This document shows, in pieces, positions 24,992 to 37,500 of a stretch of 64,000 nt of DNA. Made by a program: the position numbers and the translations under genes. Within the stretch, counting starts at the first letter, position 1, and each line of letters begins with the position of its first letter. The notes under the pieces are model-generated. The model saw only the letters and a program-made list of their open reading frames with translations, was not told where the DNA came from and did no database searches. The stretch covers positions 19,716,001 through 19,780,000 of the forward strand of contig CM119378.1 in the NCBI GenBank assembly GCA_051294905.1. Reading direction: 5' to 3'. This stretch comes from Botryllus schlosseri (lineage: Eukaryota).

Positions 24992-26118
24992 TAGGGTTGG
25001 CATACGTCCGGAATTTCCCGGACATGTCCGGAATTTCACTGAAAAATCTGCGTCCGGGAGGAATTTCTAAAATATGCCTAAATGTCCGGAATTTTGAAGG
25101 CTTGAATCAGGCTCAAAAGTTTTTCGTAAATCAACATAAACAATATTATTTTAAAGCAGATTTATGCTATTCAAAATTGTTCTTCGCGCCGCGCGCGAGT
25201 TAATGCAACGTATAATGATATTAGTACATGGGCACCAGGCACCACCCTCGCCAAAAATGCAATCAAAATAAATATAAATAACCATCATTTACTGAAATAA
25301 GTCTGATTGTAATCGCAATTATAAGCTAACGGTATATTCCTAGAGTTGCTTAAGGCCGATTGGATGCTTCAATCACAGACAGTGGCTCCAAATCTTGGGG
25401 TCGTCCGCCTTTATCTGGGGATCGCGATGATGTTGGACATAATCAGCTTCCTAGGCCGTGAGTAAGTTTGGGCAAGCTGAATTTTTTTAGTAATCAGCTT
25501 ATCAAGTTTTGAGCTTTGCCACGGAACATTTTCAAGTGGGAAATGAGGTTGCGACCATAAAAGGTTGGAAATCACCGGATTAGCAACCTGCTGGTGCATT
25601 TTATAGTAGCCTAATATATCGAAGAATCAATATTATTGACAGAATTCATGCTTAAAATTTAACAGCCAAATGCATATAGTATAAGTGCCCAACAAGTTAC
25701 ATCGACTATCCTATGGTGGGCCCAAGATCAGAGCTTTTTTGGGCGGAAGGGGGAGAAAAATGTTGTCTCGGACCTGATTGAAACACATAAACAGATAGCC
25801 GCACCGACCTAACTGTATAGCAGCGCTGTCAAACACAATCCTGACAGGCCAGACACGGCCCGCCAGATGATTTCATCCGGCCCGTGGAGGAATCTATTAC
25901 AAACCCTAGCAAGTAGCAATCACCATAGCTCACATTACGGATGGCCCAATTCATGACCTATATGTTCCACTTCATTCCTGTATAGTGTATACAGTCGAAA
26001 GGCAATGCTTTGCTCGTGTGACGTCATATTGACGTTCAATGTGTTTCACCTCATTTTAGAATCCGCTAGTGGGCGCTAAAGAGTGTCCGGAATTTGCTTC
26101 ACAAAAATATCTACTCTA
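24992..26118. mobile_element. hAT MITE (TAGGGTTGGCATACGTCCGG family), right end damaged
   Basis: Left TIR and gtccggaattt subterminal repeats at both ends; right TIR replaced by foreign sequence. Confidence 0.5.
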
Positions 26119-26191
26119 TGCAACATATCAGTATCCTAATTTACGCTAATTGCAGAAATGGATTACGTTTCCGAGTCAAGATACTCTAGGC

Positions 26192-27338
26192 CAGGGGTGG
26201 GCAAACTTTTGAGCTCGCGGGCCGCATTCAACATCTAAATCCATGCGCGGGCCGCACTATATAAAATTGAGATTATAAACCAAAACGCAATGTTGGTATT
26301 TGATTATATAGTGAGGAAATGGAGATGCTTATTTAGAACAAAACAAACATTGCTTTGATGATGTCGAACACACGTCAGAAACATAGTGGCGAGATTTCAT
26401 AGGCTGGTCGACCTCAATGACCAATTTGTCAAAACTATAGAGATGAAAGTCGGTTGTCCCTATTCTTAAAACAGGATTGAAATTTAAATCTGTGAGCAGC
26501 GATCTGTTCTTAGATTTACTTATTCCACTTTTGGTTCAGTTCCAGGACACACAATGCTGACAGCATCATAACCATATTAGCTTTAAACACGCTTCTACGA
26601 TATGTAGATAAAATATAAATACCCCATGGCATACTGAGAACGAATCTACCTAAGACACGTGCGAATCGTTTGTATAAGCACATCAATAAAATAATTAAAA
26701 TAGGAGTGGCCAATATGAAATCCGACTCGTGATCCGAATTATGTCAATCTCGTTTAGGATTTCTGTTGTGTTCGGTAGTTGAAACCTTTCAAACTGCGTG
26801 GGCCTTGAGATCGGGCTGTCGCGCCAGAAATTTAACATAAAGTAAGGAAGTATTTACCTTGGAACAGTGGTTTTCAAACTTTTTAAGACACGCCCCCCCC
26901 CCCTTACGATGGGGAAAGATTTCGTGCTCCCCTTATGGTCATATCACAAAACGCAACGAGGGTGCTAGCAAACCTAACTGACAGTTTGGCACTGAAGGTT
27001 ACGACTGTGGACGAGAGATTTTTAAATATGAAATTGAGACTAACTACAGAGCAACAATTATGAAGTTGCTGAGAATCGCGCGGAGCGCGAAATTTTTTTT
27101 AGTGGAGCTCAGCTTCGGGCCCCCTTCAAACGCTTTCACGCCCTCAAGGGGAGAGGGGGTGCACCCAAGTTTTAGAATTATCATGGTGAAATATACTAAA
27201 AAAAAGTTCAATCAAGTTCCTGCATTTTGGTAGGCATTTTATCAATATTTAAAAAAAGTTTCGTTATACTCTCGCGGGCCGCACAGAACGGTGTTGCGGG
27301 CCGCATGCGGCCCGCGGGCCGTAGTTTGCCCACCCCTG
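26192..27338. mobile_element. Buster-type hAT non-autonomous element
   Basis: TIRs CAGGGGTGGGCAAACT / AGTTTGCCCACCCCTG; perfect TSD CTCTAGGC. Confidence 0.92.
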
Positions 27339-28382
27339 CTCTAGGCCGAGGTGGATATGTTAGAGCAGTGGTTCCCAAACGGTGGGGAATTCAATGGTTT
27401 CTGGTGGGGAACAGACGCGTTTGTTCAAAATTATCTGCAGGACACTCTTCATATTCACGGAGACACATGCGCATGCGCACTTACCGCCGTTACCAGTTAA
27501 CTGCTCTGGAATGTATGGATCGAAAATTATATTGCGCGGTGTTCACAAAAACTCATTTTCAACTCTGGATAACCAATTATGGCGTCACAAACGCATCCGG
27601 CACGACTAGTTTGACGTGAAATAACGCTTTCGCGAAATTTTGAGCGTTACTGGTATCGGTTCACAACACGTTTTACGTTGCATTTATAGGCGATTGTCTT
27701 GCGTACTGGTGTGATTGTGTGTCTTGTGTAGTCAAACCAGCGAATAGCTGCTCTGGTATGACAAAAGTGTTGGGTAGTAGGGAACAGGACCGAACTGCCG
27801 CAACCCACACCCCCCAATTATGGGGGGGGGCGAGCTCGAAGGGGCCCAAAATGATTTCGTGAATTAACATAAATTATAGAGTATTGTTTTGGAAATTTAT
27901 GTCACTTATTCAAATATATTTTTTGTGCTGGGTGCGCTATTTAATATTGCCTAATATTTTGAATATTGGGTTCCCTTCCCCCACTAAAATCGTAGAATTT
28001 ATAGAAATGGAGACTTCGGCGTCGGCCATTACTGCGCCACAACGCACCAAGACATATGAAGTTATTGGCCATGTAACAAGCGACTCCGAAAAGTGTGCCA
28101 GAACAATCAGCAGCGAGAAGACCTTGGCCGAGAAGGAATGCCCTTGTGGTGACCCAAAACTTTTATACATATATGTTTAATTGTCCATAGGCGGTTAAAT
28201 GGCTGGCGCCGAATGTTCCTGTCCTGGCAATCTGAACCCCACAGGACAAATGCCGTCCCACAGGGAAAAAATTATTTGCCAGTAAAGCAACACTAATTTG
28301 AAATCGTGTGTGCCTTTTAGTTTTGGCGATTTCCATATCTTTTGACATAGCAGATATAGAAGGTCACGAAATAGCATCATAT

Positions 28383-31300
28383 AACTTTTTCGTATGACAT
28401 GACTTGACTCGAGTCACTTTGCAAAAATGACTGGACTCGACGCTTCAGAAATGTGGATTGACTCGTGACTCGGAGCAAAATTTACGAGTCAATTTCAAGT
28501 CATCAAGTAAACGGTGTCGATTAAATCACCCAGTGTTAAGTATGTTCGGATTAATCGCGATACGCCGGCGTGACTTGTGAGAGCAGCCAGTCATTCAATA
28601 ACATTATGTTTCACTGATCCTCGATTGTTACATCACAAGTAAATTGACCGCAAACGATACGATCACAGCTTACGTTGCCGTAGTACAGTGCTTTTCAACC
28701 TGCGTGACGGTTCACACTTGTGCGAATGAAAAAAATTGCAGTGCGAATGAGGAAGGTTGTGCGAACGGTGCGAATGAAAATCCCGGATGAGTGCGAATTA
28801 AAATCGTAAATAATAATTGTTAATTTTTCTGACCTGGAATAATTCAAATAAACCTAATAGAAAATTCAAGGTCAGTGTTTGTTGTTGCGATTGTAAAAAC
28901 TTGTTAAACTTACGTCCCACCACTAATCGTAGCTCTCACAAGCCGTAGTGAATTAATATTTTCGCACTATAATTAATACGTAACTAAAAGCCTTGTTTAA
29001 AAGCTTGTGTAGTGGCAGACATACAGTATATCAGCCCGTCCGAGGCTACGAAAGGCTGGAAAAATGACGTCAAAATGACTTTATGCTTTCTTTCGCTAAA
29101 CAATCATCATACTTTCGTAATAACTGTTCGAAAAACAGGGTTAACTTTCTCGCTCAGTGCCCAAAATACAGTTTTTCATTCACATTATCAGGTGGTTGAC
29201 TAAAAAAGGGTCAACGTTCCAGCTCAGCTCTCGAAATAGCCGCCGGAGCGTTACTTCGGTGCTGATTTACGGTATCTCAGTCGAATTTGGCCGTAAATTG
29301 GACCAAAATTCTCGAAAAGAGGACAGATGGTAACCCTACTGTAACGCAAATTTTTACCCTTTCTAGGGTTATTAAAGTATGAACCGCAAAAGGTCTAATA
29401 TTGGGTTGACCCGGTGCCAGAGTTATCAGTTGATATGTAGGGGAGATGTGGTACCGATGGATCACTGGGACCGAAAATACTTTGAAAATTCTCTATGATA
29501 ATTCCATACTTACACTCCGTGAACTTTTCTATAATTGCATGCTGGCAACATCTTTCCTCACATACAAAAAAATTCGACGTGCGCGAACTATGGGGTCTCT
29601 CACAGATGTTTTTTGTTTTGGGGGGTGTAAACTAAATTTAGATCGACATATACATTTTTCTTTGTAACCTTCAAGACGAACAAACCAGCAATCATTTTTA
29701 TTGTGAAGTCTAGGGCTTGTATCAGGCTATATAATGGAACCTATTATTTTTTTCAGTTCTTTCCTTGAGTGGAATTTTTTTCGATTCATGTACAAAATTA
29801 TTAGGGTGGGGACCGATGATACAATAGCCAAATCAAGCAAAATAATCAAGCATACTAATCATGAAACAAATGAAACGTGACTACGTACAGAAAATCTTTA
29901 TGTAATAATTGAATATGATGTTTTATCGCTATAATGAGGTCTTTGGAAGTCACACTGTCGATTTTCGGGCAATATGTATGTACCCTCAAATTTATAAGTC
30001 CGAGCCTAAATCGAAACGTGATTTTATGACAACATTTGAGTCAATATTTAATCTATTTTTTGACGGTTGCGACCGAAAATTCTTCTTTGGCTTGCTGTAG
30101 CTTAGATTATAGTACTGAGCAAGAAAAGTTGTCACATCTGAGTTTTTAGGGTATATGTGTCATAGGTCCCAGGGTCATGTGCCATTGGACCCACCGGGTG
30201 GGGACCGATGACACGTTCGAGCAACAAATTTTAAACGTCCATAAATATTTTTTGAAAAGACGGATATTCATGTATATGTGCGCGATAGGTAGAGCTTGTA
30301 TCAAAGTGCTGAGCCAGCAAAAGATCTGCTGTTTCCGGCTGAACATTTTGGGGCCAGCGAACATTTTCCAATTCTTGATCCATCGGTACCACATCTCGCC
30401 TATGTAATATTTGTTGAATTTGTTGCAAAAAATCCTGCGATAGTTTTTAAAAATCCAAGGTCGCGGTGTTGGGTACTGTAGCCCATAAGCGAGACACGCA
30501 GAAAATATGGCTTTGTCATGAGAATTCATGCTACGATTTGTCCGACTGTTTTTTTCTGGAAAACATGGTTGAAGACCGTTGGGATGAGCTAGTGTAGAGA
30601 CTATCGATGTGAAATGACCGAGTTCAGGTCTATGAGACTCATTACTTTCGAGGCCAACCCCGTCTGCGTCGGGTCACATGAAGACGTAAAGTTTTGGTCA
30701 ACAAACGGCAGATAAAATGCGGTGCCAAAACATAAGCGTCGACAAAACCCATTGCCAAAAAAATGACCGATGCTGGATGACCAAACCATTCGATTTGGAT
30801 ATGCTCCGTTGTCGGTACCGAATAGTCCCGTTCTTGCAGTCTGGTTTGACAGTAGTACAACTGCGAGGCGCTGAGGGGTTTAATTCACCCTAATTTGAAA
30901 TTGTGTGCGTCAGACATATTTTGTAGAGCTGTGTTGGATAGAATTGTGGCGTGCGCGCTCTGTATGTCATACATGTCCGTAAAATCGTAGCATACTACTG
31001 TAATTTTAAGAATAAATTTATTTTCATGGGTGAGGCTCGGGTTGCGAGATGCCACGAAAACTCTGATTTTGGTGATAGTCTAAAAAGCTTCTTTAACGAT
31101 ATTAAACTGTTATGAATTCTCAAGTTAGATTGGACTAAAGAGCAGAACACACAGCGTAGTGAGTTTATTTGCTATTCCGGCATACTTGCGAGACACAAAA
31201 TAGGAAATCGAAAAAAAAAGTTGAAGTAACATACCATAAGCCAGCGAGCTCTAATGTGCCTGCTCTCCTTGATCGTTTGGATCGTATTTTTCAAGACATG

Positions 31301-32701
31301 AGGCAGAAGCATCAACACAAACAATCGGGCTTTTTCACCCTTTCGACATACTGGAGCCTCCAAGACATTTTTGTCCGCTCTCAAAATGGATTTCTTCCAG
31401 CAAGCATTTTTCTACCGTGAAAAATACTTTGTATTTTGGATAGGAGTGCAGAACAGATTCTAAGCCCAGGCCACCACAAGCGCTAGCACTCGTTCAAGGA
31501 AAAAGCCCAACAAGTTGTTTAGCCGAGAAGGGTTTCAGTGAAATAGTTGAAATCAAAACGTGCGAAAATAGTAGCCTTTTTTATGAGGCACTTGATAGCT
31601 TAAGATATATAGTAGCCAATTTGTTTCACATCTGAACAAACAAATGTTGTATTCTCATCTGCTTTTTGTACAACCATTTTCGGTTAGTTTGTGCGAATGA
31701 AATTTATTTTACAAAAAAAGTGCGGATGAAGTTCAAAAAGGTTGAAAAGCACTGCCGTAGTAGATTAATCTAATAGTAACGTATCTTTGTTTCTTTGGCG
31801 ACTCAGTGCTTACATTGTGCATCACGCTGTATCAGATCAATCTTCAGTAGATTTAAAAATATTCTACATAAAATCGTGGCACGTCAAAGGTCCAATACCT
31901 GCAATATTATAACCCCACAGTTTTACGATATCATGATCAATCGCCACGCATGATGTCTATAACTCATTATTTTAACAAATTATGCCCGGCACAAAAACAA
32001 GTTTATCAAATATTTGAAAATGTGATTTTTTTCCGTATCAAGCGTGAATATTACAATCGTGAATTACATTTCCACGATGTTTGTGGAATGCCTGTCTGCA
32101 AGATCCCGTTAAAGAAGGCCTATACTTGGAAACCATACATTGAATAGCCGTATCATTGATGCTGCGGCCCGCGGCGTAATCTAAAGTAGGAAATTGGCCC
32201 GCGAGCACATTTGAGTTTGAGACCTCTGATGTAGATGGACGTAGTGAATTGTACCATATTGATTTGTTTCAACTTTTCAAAGCTTGTATTCGATCCTCTA
32301 TTTTGGCTAATAATAACAGACTGTGGCATGTAGCTATGCAGTAACTCGCGTATTTTATTGACAGTTCGACGTCTGCGTTACCGATACAACGCGTTTATAC
32401 ATTATATTTATCTTTATATTCGTCATTTGATTAAAGACAAATGGCCAATTAATCGGCCTTTCACCCAGTTAGCAAACTGTAATGACTCTGCATCATCACT
32501 CATACTTCGAAAATTCAATTTGACTTGAATAGTAACTTGACTCGTGACTTGACTTGACTCGAGTCACCACCAAAAAAACGAGTGACTTGACTTGACTCGA
32601 GTCACCTTCAAAAATCTATTGACTTGACTTGACTCGAGTCAAAATGTGCAATGACTCGAGATGACTCGTGACTCGAAGGTAGTGACTTTATCCCAACACT
32701 G
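28383..32701. mobile_element. hAT MITE family A, reverse copy interrupted by nested elements
   Basis: 28383-28685 and about 32230-32701 are reverse complements of the two halves of 14288-15259; the TIR ATCCCAACACTG ends at 32701; the other TIR is eroded. Confidence 0.75.
28686..31754. mobile_element. Buster-type hAT element B (contains further decayed repeats)
   Basis: TIRs CAGTGCTTTTCAACC / GGTTGAAAAGCACTG; perfect TSD CCGTAGTA; partial reverse copy at about 43650-45605. Confidence 0.88.
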
Positions 32702-32721
32702 CTATCCGCTCATCACTGGTA

Positions 32722-32998
32722 ATGTACTGAAATTTCCACAGATGCATCACGCTCTAGCAGTCACGCAGAGATCGAACTTTATACAGTTGTCATGTCAGCC
32801 GATGTTATGAAGGAAATAGAATACACTAGGCCCGATTTTGACATAAATCTCCTGACTGGACATCTCCCGTTGAACGCGGTATCTAAACCACCTTGGCGTG
32901 TACGACATATTTCCTTCATAACATCGGCTGACAACATATAAAGTTCGATCCCTGCGTGACTGCTGGAGCGTGATGCATCTGTGGAAATTCCAGTACAT
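32722..32998. repeat. Hairpin/MITE-like inverted repeat (about 95-bp arms)
   Basis: 32722-32818 is the reverse complement of 32908-32998 with few mismatches. Confidence 0.8.
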
Positions 32999-33084
32999 CA
33001 CAGCTCCATTGCGGTGGCGTTCTGAAGAAAACGACTGCGGCCAAAATTTTTCTTTCGTTTTGCCCTTTAATTTGAGACCACATC

Positions 33085-34940
33085 ATTTTTAGAGTGCAGT
33101 GCCCCTTTAAAGCTTTGTGTAAGATACTTCCTCATCGGCCACTTACGTTTAATTCAATGATTCTACTGTCCCAATCACACATAAAACAAGAATACCTTGT
33201 AGTAGGGATGGTGTGAACGTGAGGTTCACGTTCGCGTTCTGTGTGTGAACCACATAAATTTAAAGGTTCACGTTCACAAACGAACCTTGGTAGGTTCTGC
33301 ACTGTGAACCTTTTTCATATATTACAGTTTTCACTTCATTATGACATCTTTGGTTGAAATCTATTGCATTTCAACTGCGGGCCACTCTATGCATGGCGCT
33401 GACAGCATAACAAAAATCAAAACTGAACGAGCATGCACCTTGACAATCTCAAAATATTTAGTTGTTGTTTTTACAAAAGTTTGCTCGAAATATCCAGTTT
33501 TACGTTTGTGAATATTTATAGTGACTCTCTGCTGTGTGCTTGACCCGCAATCACACAAGATCAAGAGCGAAATACACTACATGTAGTCAGCGAATGATGC
33601 TTATTCAACCAATCAATTAAATTGATATCGTTGTCTGATGTAAAAAATTCTAGCATGCGTACGGGGTCAAATTGACTTCATATATTTATTGTATCATAAA
33701 AACCAAATCCGTGCGATTGGGGGGTTGGCAACTATCGGTAGCAAGTATAGAAACTCGTTTTACACTCTGCTCAATATCAACGTAGCAATACTGAGATGCC
33801 GAATACACTGTCCGGTCCGGCCTAGACCCTTAAGGTGTAACTTATATTCCCTTGCACGTCCTCGTCGAAATTGCAGGCAAAGCGACAGAAGATATGGATT
33901 TTATGGGATTATTATACCATATGATTGCCCCGGTTGATACATTTGGCGACGTTTAAAAGGTCAATATGTACTTTAGCATTGTGGCATTATGTTACTCGAG
34001 TCGTCGCTGGGTATGGTATACATTAACATAGGCTATCACTTCACTGAAATGTATGGTTAGAATTAGCAATATGACGTCACGTGACGTCATGAGGTTCACG
34101 TTCGCGTTCACACAGAACCTTTCAAAAAGGTTCGCGTTCACACGAACCTGAACCTTTCAGAGGTTCATACCATCCCTACCTTGTAGTTCTAGAGACAGTT
34201 GAGCCAGTAGCATATTTATGAGTTCAAAATCAACGGAAACTTTACAAGTTTGAGTAATATATTACAAATTGGAAATCAAAATTTTCATATTCTCGTACGA
34301 CCCCTTCATACCAGATTACCAGTTGTACCAGCTGCAGGGGTAGAAGAACGTTGATTCGTATTGTGTGACAAAACAGTTTTAAGGTTGATACATAAATAAA
34401 GACGAGGCGCAATTCCCAATTCCCAATGTCTCTATGAGACCTTGAACATCGATACAATACACTAAAGAAAGATCGGGGGCAAAGGAGCATGTGTATCCAC
34501 TCTCACGATGCATATTGCATATATTAAGCAAAAGTGGTATCAGTGCCAAGCATACGTTTGGCTTTTAATCCGGAACCGACAATAAGAGCAGATTCTTTTG
34601 GAAAATTGGAATTTATGATATTGTTATTTAGTTCTGCTTGATTCAACTTTATATAGCTGCTGATCACCGTCACAGTCATGCTGAGAACATTTTTAACAAA
34701 GTCTCTTCACTGAGAGAATCTTCTTCAACGGAAGGTAAAACTTTTGAAAGCAATGAAATTGTGACATCTGATGGCCGATTAGGAATCGGTCGTATTGCGC
34801 ATGTCAGATTGGGTAATTTTATGCTCATTTTTGACTTTGAATAAAAAACACACGAACAAAAGTAAAAAAACACATGAGCACAAGGAGCAATCTTTTCCAT
34901 GTCCATGTGACTCTCTAAAAACCATTGGCACATCAAATTC
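33085..34940 (-). pseudogene. Decayed Chapaev3-like (CMC) transposase, interrupted by a MITE
   Basis: Collinear frameshifted motifs: YFC...SIKLPNLTCAIRPIP, LNQAELN...PKESA, LVYCIDVQGL, LKTVLSHN, SYENMKIL, VDFELINMLL, then across the MITE RYSCFMCDWDSR and RKWP. The family name is from recall. Confidence 0.72.
33203..34178. mobile_element. Ac-type hAT MITE family C
   Basis: TIRs TAGGGATGGT / ACCATCCCTA; perfect TSD CCTTGTAG; gtgaac/gttcac subterminal repeats; reverse copy at 60822-61674. Confidence 0.92.
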
Positions 34941-35289
34941 GAAAAATTTTTGTTTTCAAATGCTTCACAGCCTCAATGTCGCTATATTTTTAATTCTGTG
35001 TGCTGTGCATAGGCTACCTCTTTTTCGCATCGCCTAGGCCCAGGTGGGTGTCTGATTTCAAAGACTACTCCCAGTCGTTTCTATGCCTTCATATCTTTTC
35101 ATTGTACCGCAGTATTGTGATGTTTTGAAAGGAAGAAAATATTAATAAATTGATACTGACAGCAAAAACTAGGCCTAGAATACTTACTTTTTTACATACT
35201 TATAAAAAGTTACTTCTTCTTCTACTTGAGTACTTATGGTAAGTACTTTGATCACCCCTGGTGTCGTCACAATGGCTATAACTATGACC

Positions 35290-36230
35290 CAACAGCAAGG
35301 AATACTTCACAGAACAGGCTGTTTTAGTACCGAAATGCAAAATTTCAAATCACAGATTACAAAAAATCCTGACGTGACAGAAAAAAGCGAGCTCATATTC
35401 GTAATCAGGGTATACGAAAATTGACTTAATGGTCACCATTTTTGCCAGAAAGTAAAAATCATGTGGACCAGCGTTATAAGACGAATGGGCATCGTGACAG
35501 ATCTTCTTTCTATCCAAAAAGTTATCGTCCTCTCTTCACGTAATTCTCCATATTCGCTGAATACCTTTTAATTGTATCTATATATCGTGGTAAAACATCA
35601 ATACTTCTTTTTACTTTGTGACAAGAAGGGGTTTCAGGTGATATTGAAAGACCAGCAAATGACTATAATTTGCTTTATCAGCTGAGTGGGTTACCATCAT
35701 TTGGTTTTCCCGAAGTTCGCCGAGTTTAGGGCACATAAAAAGCTATAATATCAACGCTTGTATGAAGTACTAGATACACTTTTTCAACTCATAAATACGG
35801 CGTAGCGCATATTCTCAATTGCAATCAGCACCATTTTTAACGCCCTGGATCAGTCAATGTCAAGTAGCAGAGAAATATTCTAACACTGGGCCGCTGAGGG
35901 ACTAGAGGGAAGCAACTTATGTCTCTGTGGGTGAGATTGCGGCAATGGCGACTTTGCAACAGTAAAAACTTCGAATCAAGGCAGAGAGACATCGGTATGC
36001 CCTGCACTGCATACTTGGGATAGGGCACAACAATTTCAACATATCATATTAATTATACTTGCGGCTAGTCCCAGACCCGTCTAGTCAGCGTCTACTTTGA
36101 ACTGATGCGTATTTACAGGCTATACATACGATGTCTCAGCGGCATATCTGTTACTTCACATAAGTGTGGGTACTATGCTTTATAATCTATATGCTCGAAA
36201 ATTTTCCAAGCCTCGAGAAAACCAAATGAC
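35290..36230 (+). pseudogene. Possible decayed MULE (Mutator-like) transposase
   Basis: Broken motifs: FKSQITKNPD, LYQL, LVFPKFA...YQRLYEVL, SREIF, SLWVRL; many stops and frameshifts. Confidence 0.4.
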
Positions 36231-37234
36231 ATAACTCATCAAGTTTATAAAGCGCAATAATGATCTGCAGATGGGTGTCTTTCAATATCACCGCAAAGCC
36301 CTGGTCAAAGTATAATTAAAAGCATTGGCGTTCTACTAGGATGCATGAAGACAATGGTAGTCACTGAATATCGCGAATGGCATGAAATGACAAGGATACA
36401 ATAACTTTTGATTGGAGGAAAAATTGTGATGATTATACTGAGCCAAAGGCGAGATTGCTCGAGCATCCTATCGATACATGACCCTATAGTTCACTACATA
36501 TAATGAAGGATAATCAAATTCTGCTGAAAATAGGAAAGATTTTCCATAAGTCACAAAATTCCTTTGCGAGAGGAATATAGAAGTGCTGCAAAAAGCAAAT
36601 AATATGATATCATATTATCACAATGCATTGTGAAGAATACAGTCACAAACGTCGTTTAGATTTCGAGAAATCTATACATTGGTCCGACAAAGCATACTGT
36701 TAGATATTTACTATCACTTTGAGAAATATATTTACCCGTATGTTACCTGCTTGTCAGTTCATTTCCTTTCATGGTCGTCAATTTCAGTGTGTTAAGTACT
36801 CTATTTGAAAATTATCTCACCATCCTTTTAACGTGGCAATTTCAACAAAGTAAACTATAATTTCCAGCTAGTTCGTGTCAAATCTTTTTTTCTTCGTTTA
36901 CTGGCGATGTCTTTATGCAAACTCCTCCATAGGCCCTTGTCAAGATCAAAACAAAAGAAAAGACATCCCTGCCTCTTCAGGCATACTTCGAACACGACTT
37001 TTGGTCATGCCGGAGTGACGAAATTTGCCACCGTAAATACAATTATTTTAAAAATGACCGAAATTTCAATTTGACTGACCTCGGCATCATGCTGGTATGA
37101 ATTGAGTCAAATTTGGTGTGCAACGTTTTTTTAGGCAACCTGACGAATTGACAATGAAGCGGATGAAATTTGAAGAAAAAAAGTTCTTTTGAACACCCCT
37201 AATGCTCAATTTATTTGTGATATAGAAATGGAGG

Positions 37235-37500
37235 CTTAGTAAAATGCACGATCATTAAATGACCGGTTGCTTACCAGGTCAAATGAGCGTATCTCGAACA
37301 ATCCAAACTTATACAAGATACAGCGATTTAGTCGACATCGATTACTTGATGACTCGAAATTGACTCGTAAATTTTGCTCCGACTCACGAGGCAAAACACA
37401 TTTTTAACACGCCGAGTCAGGACAAGTCAAGTCATATTTGCAAAGTGACTCGAGTCAAGTCAAGTCATACGAAAAGTTGACTCGAGTCATCCCAACACTG
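37235..37500. mobile_element. hAT MITE family A, 3' fragment
   Basis: Ends in GACTCGAGTCATCCCAACACTG; homologous to 14975-15259. Confidence 0.85.
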
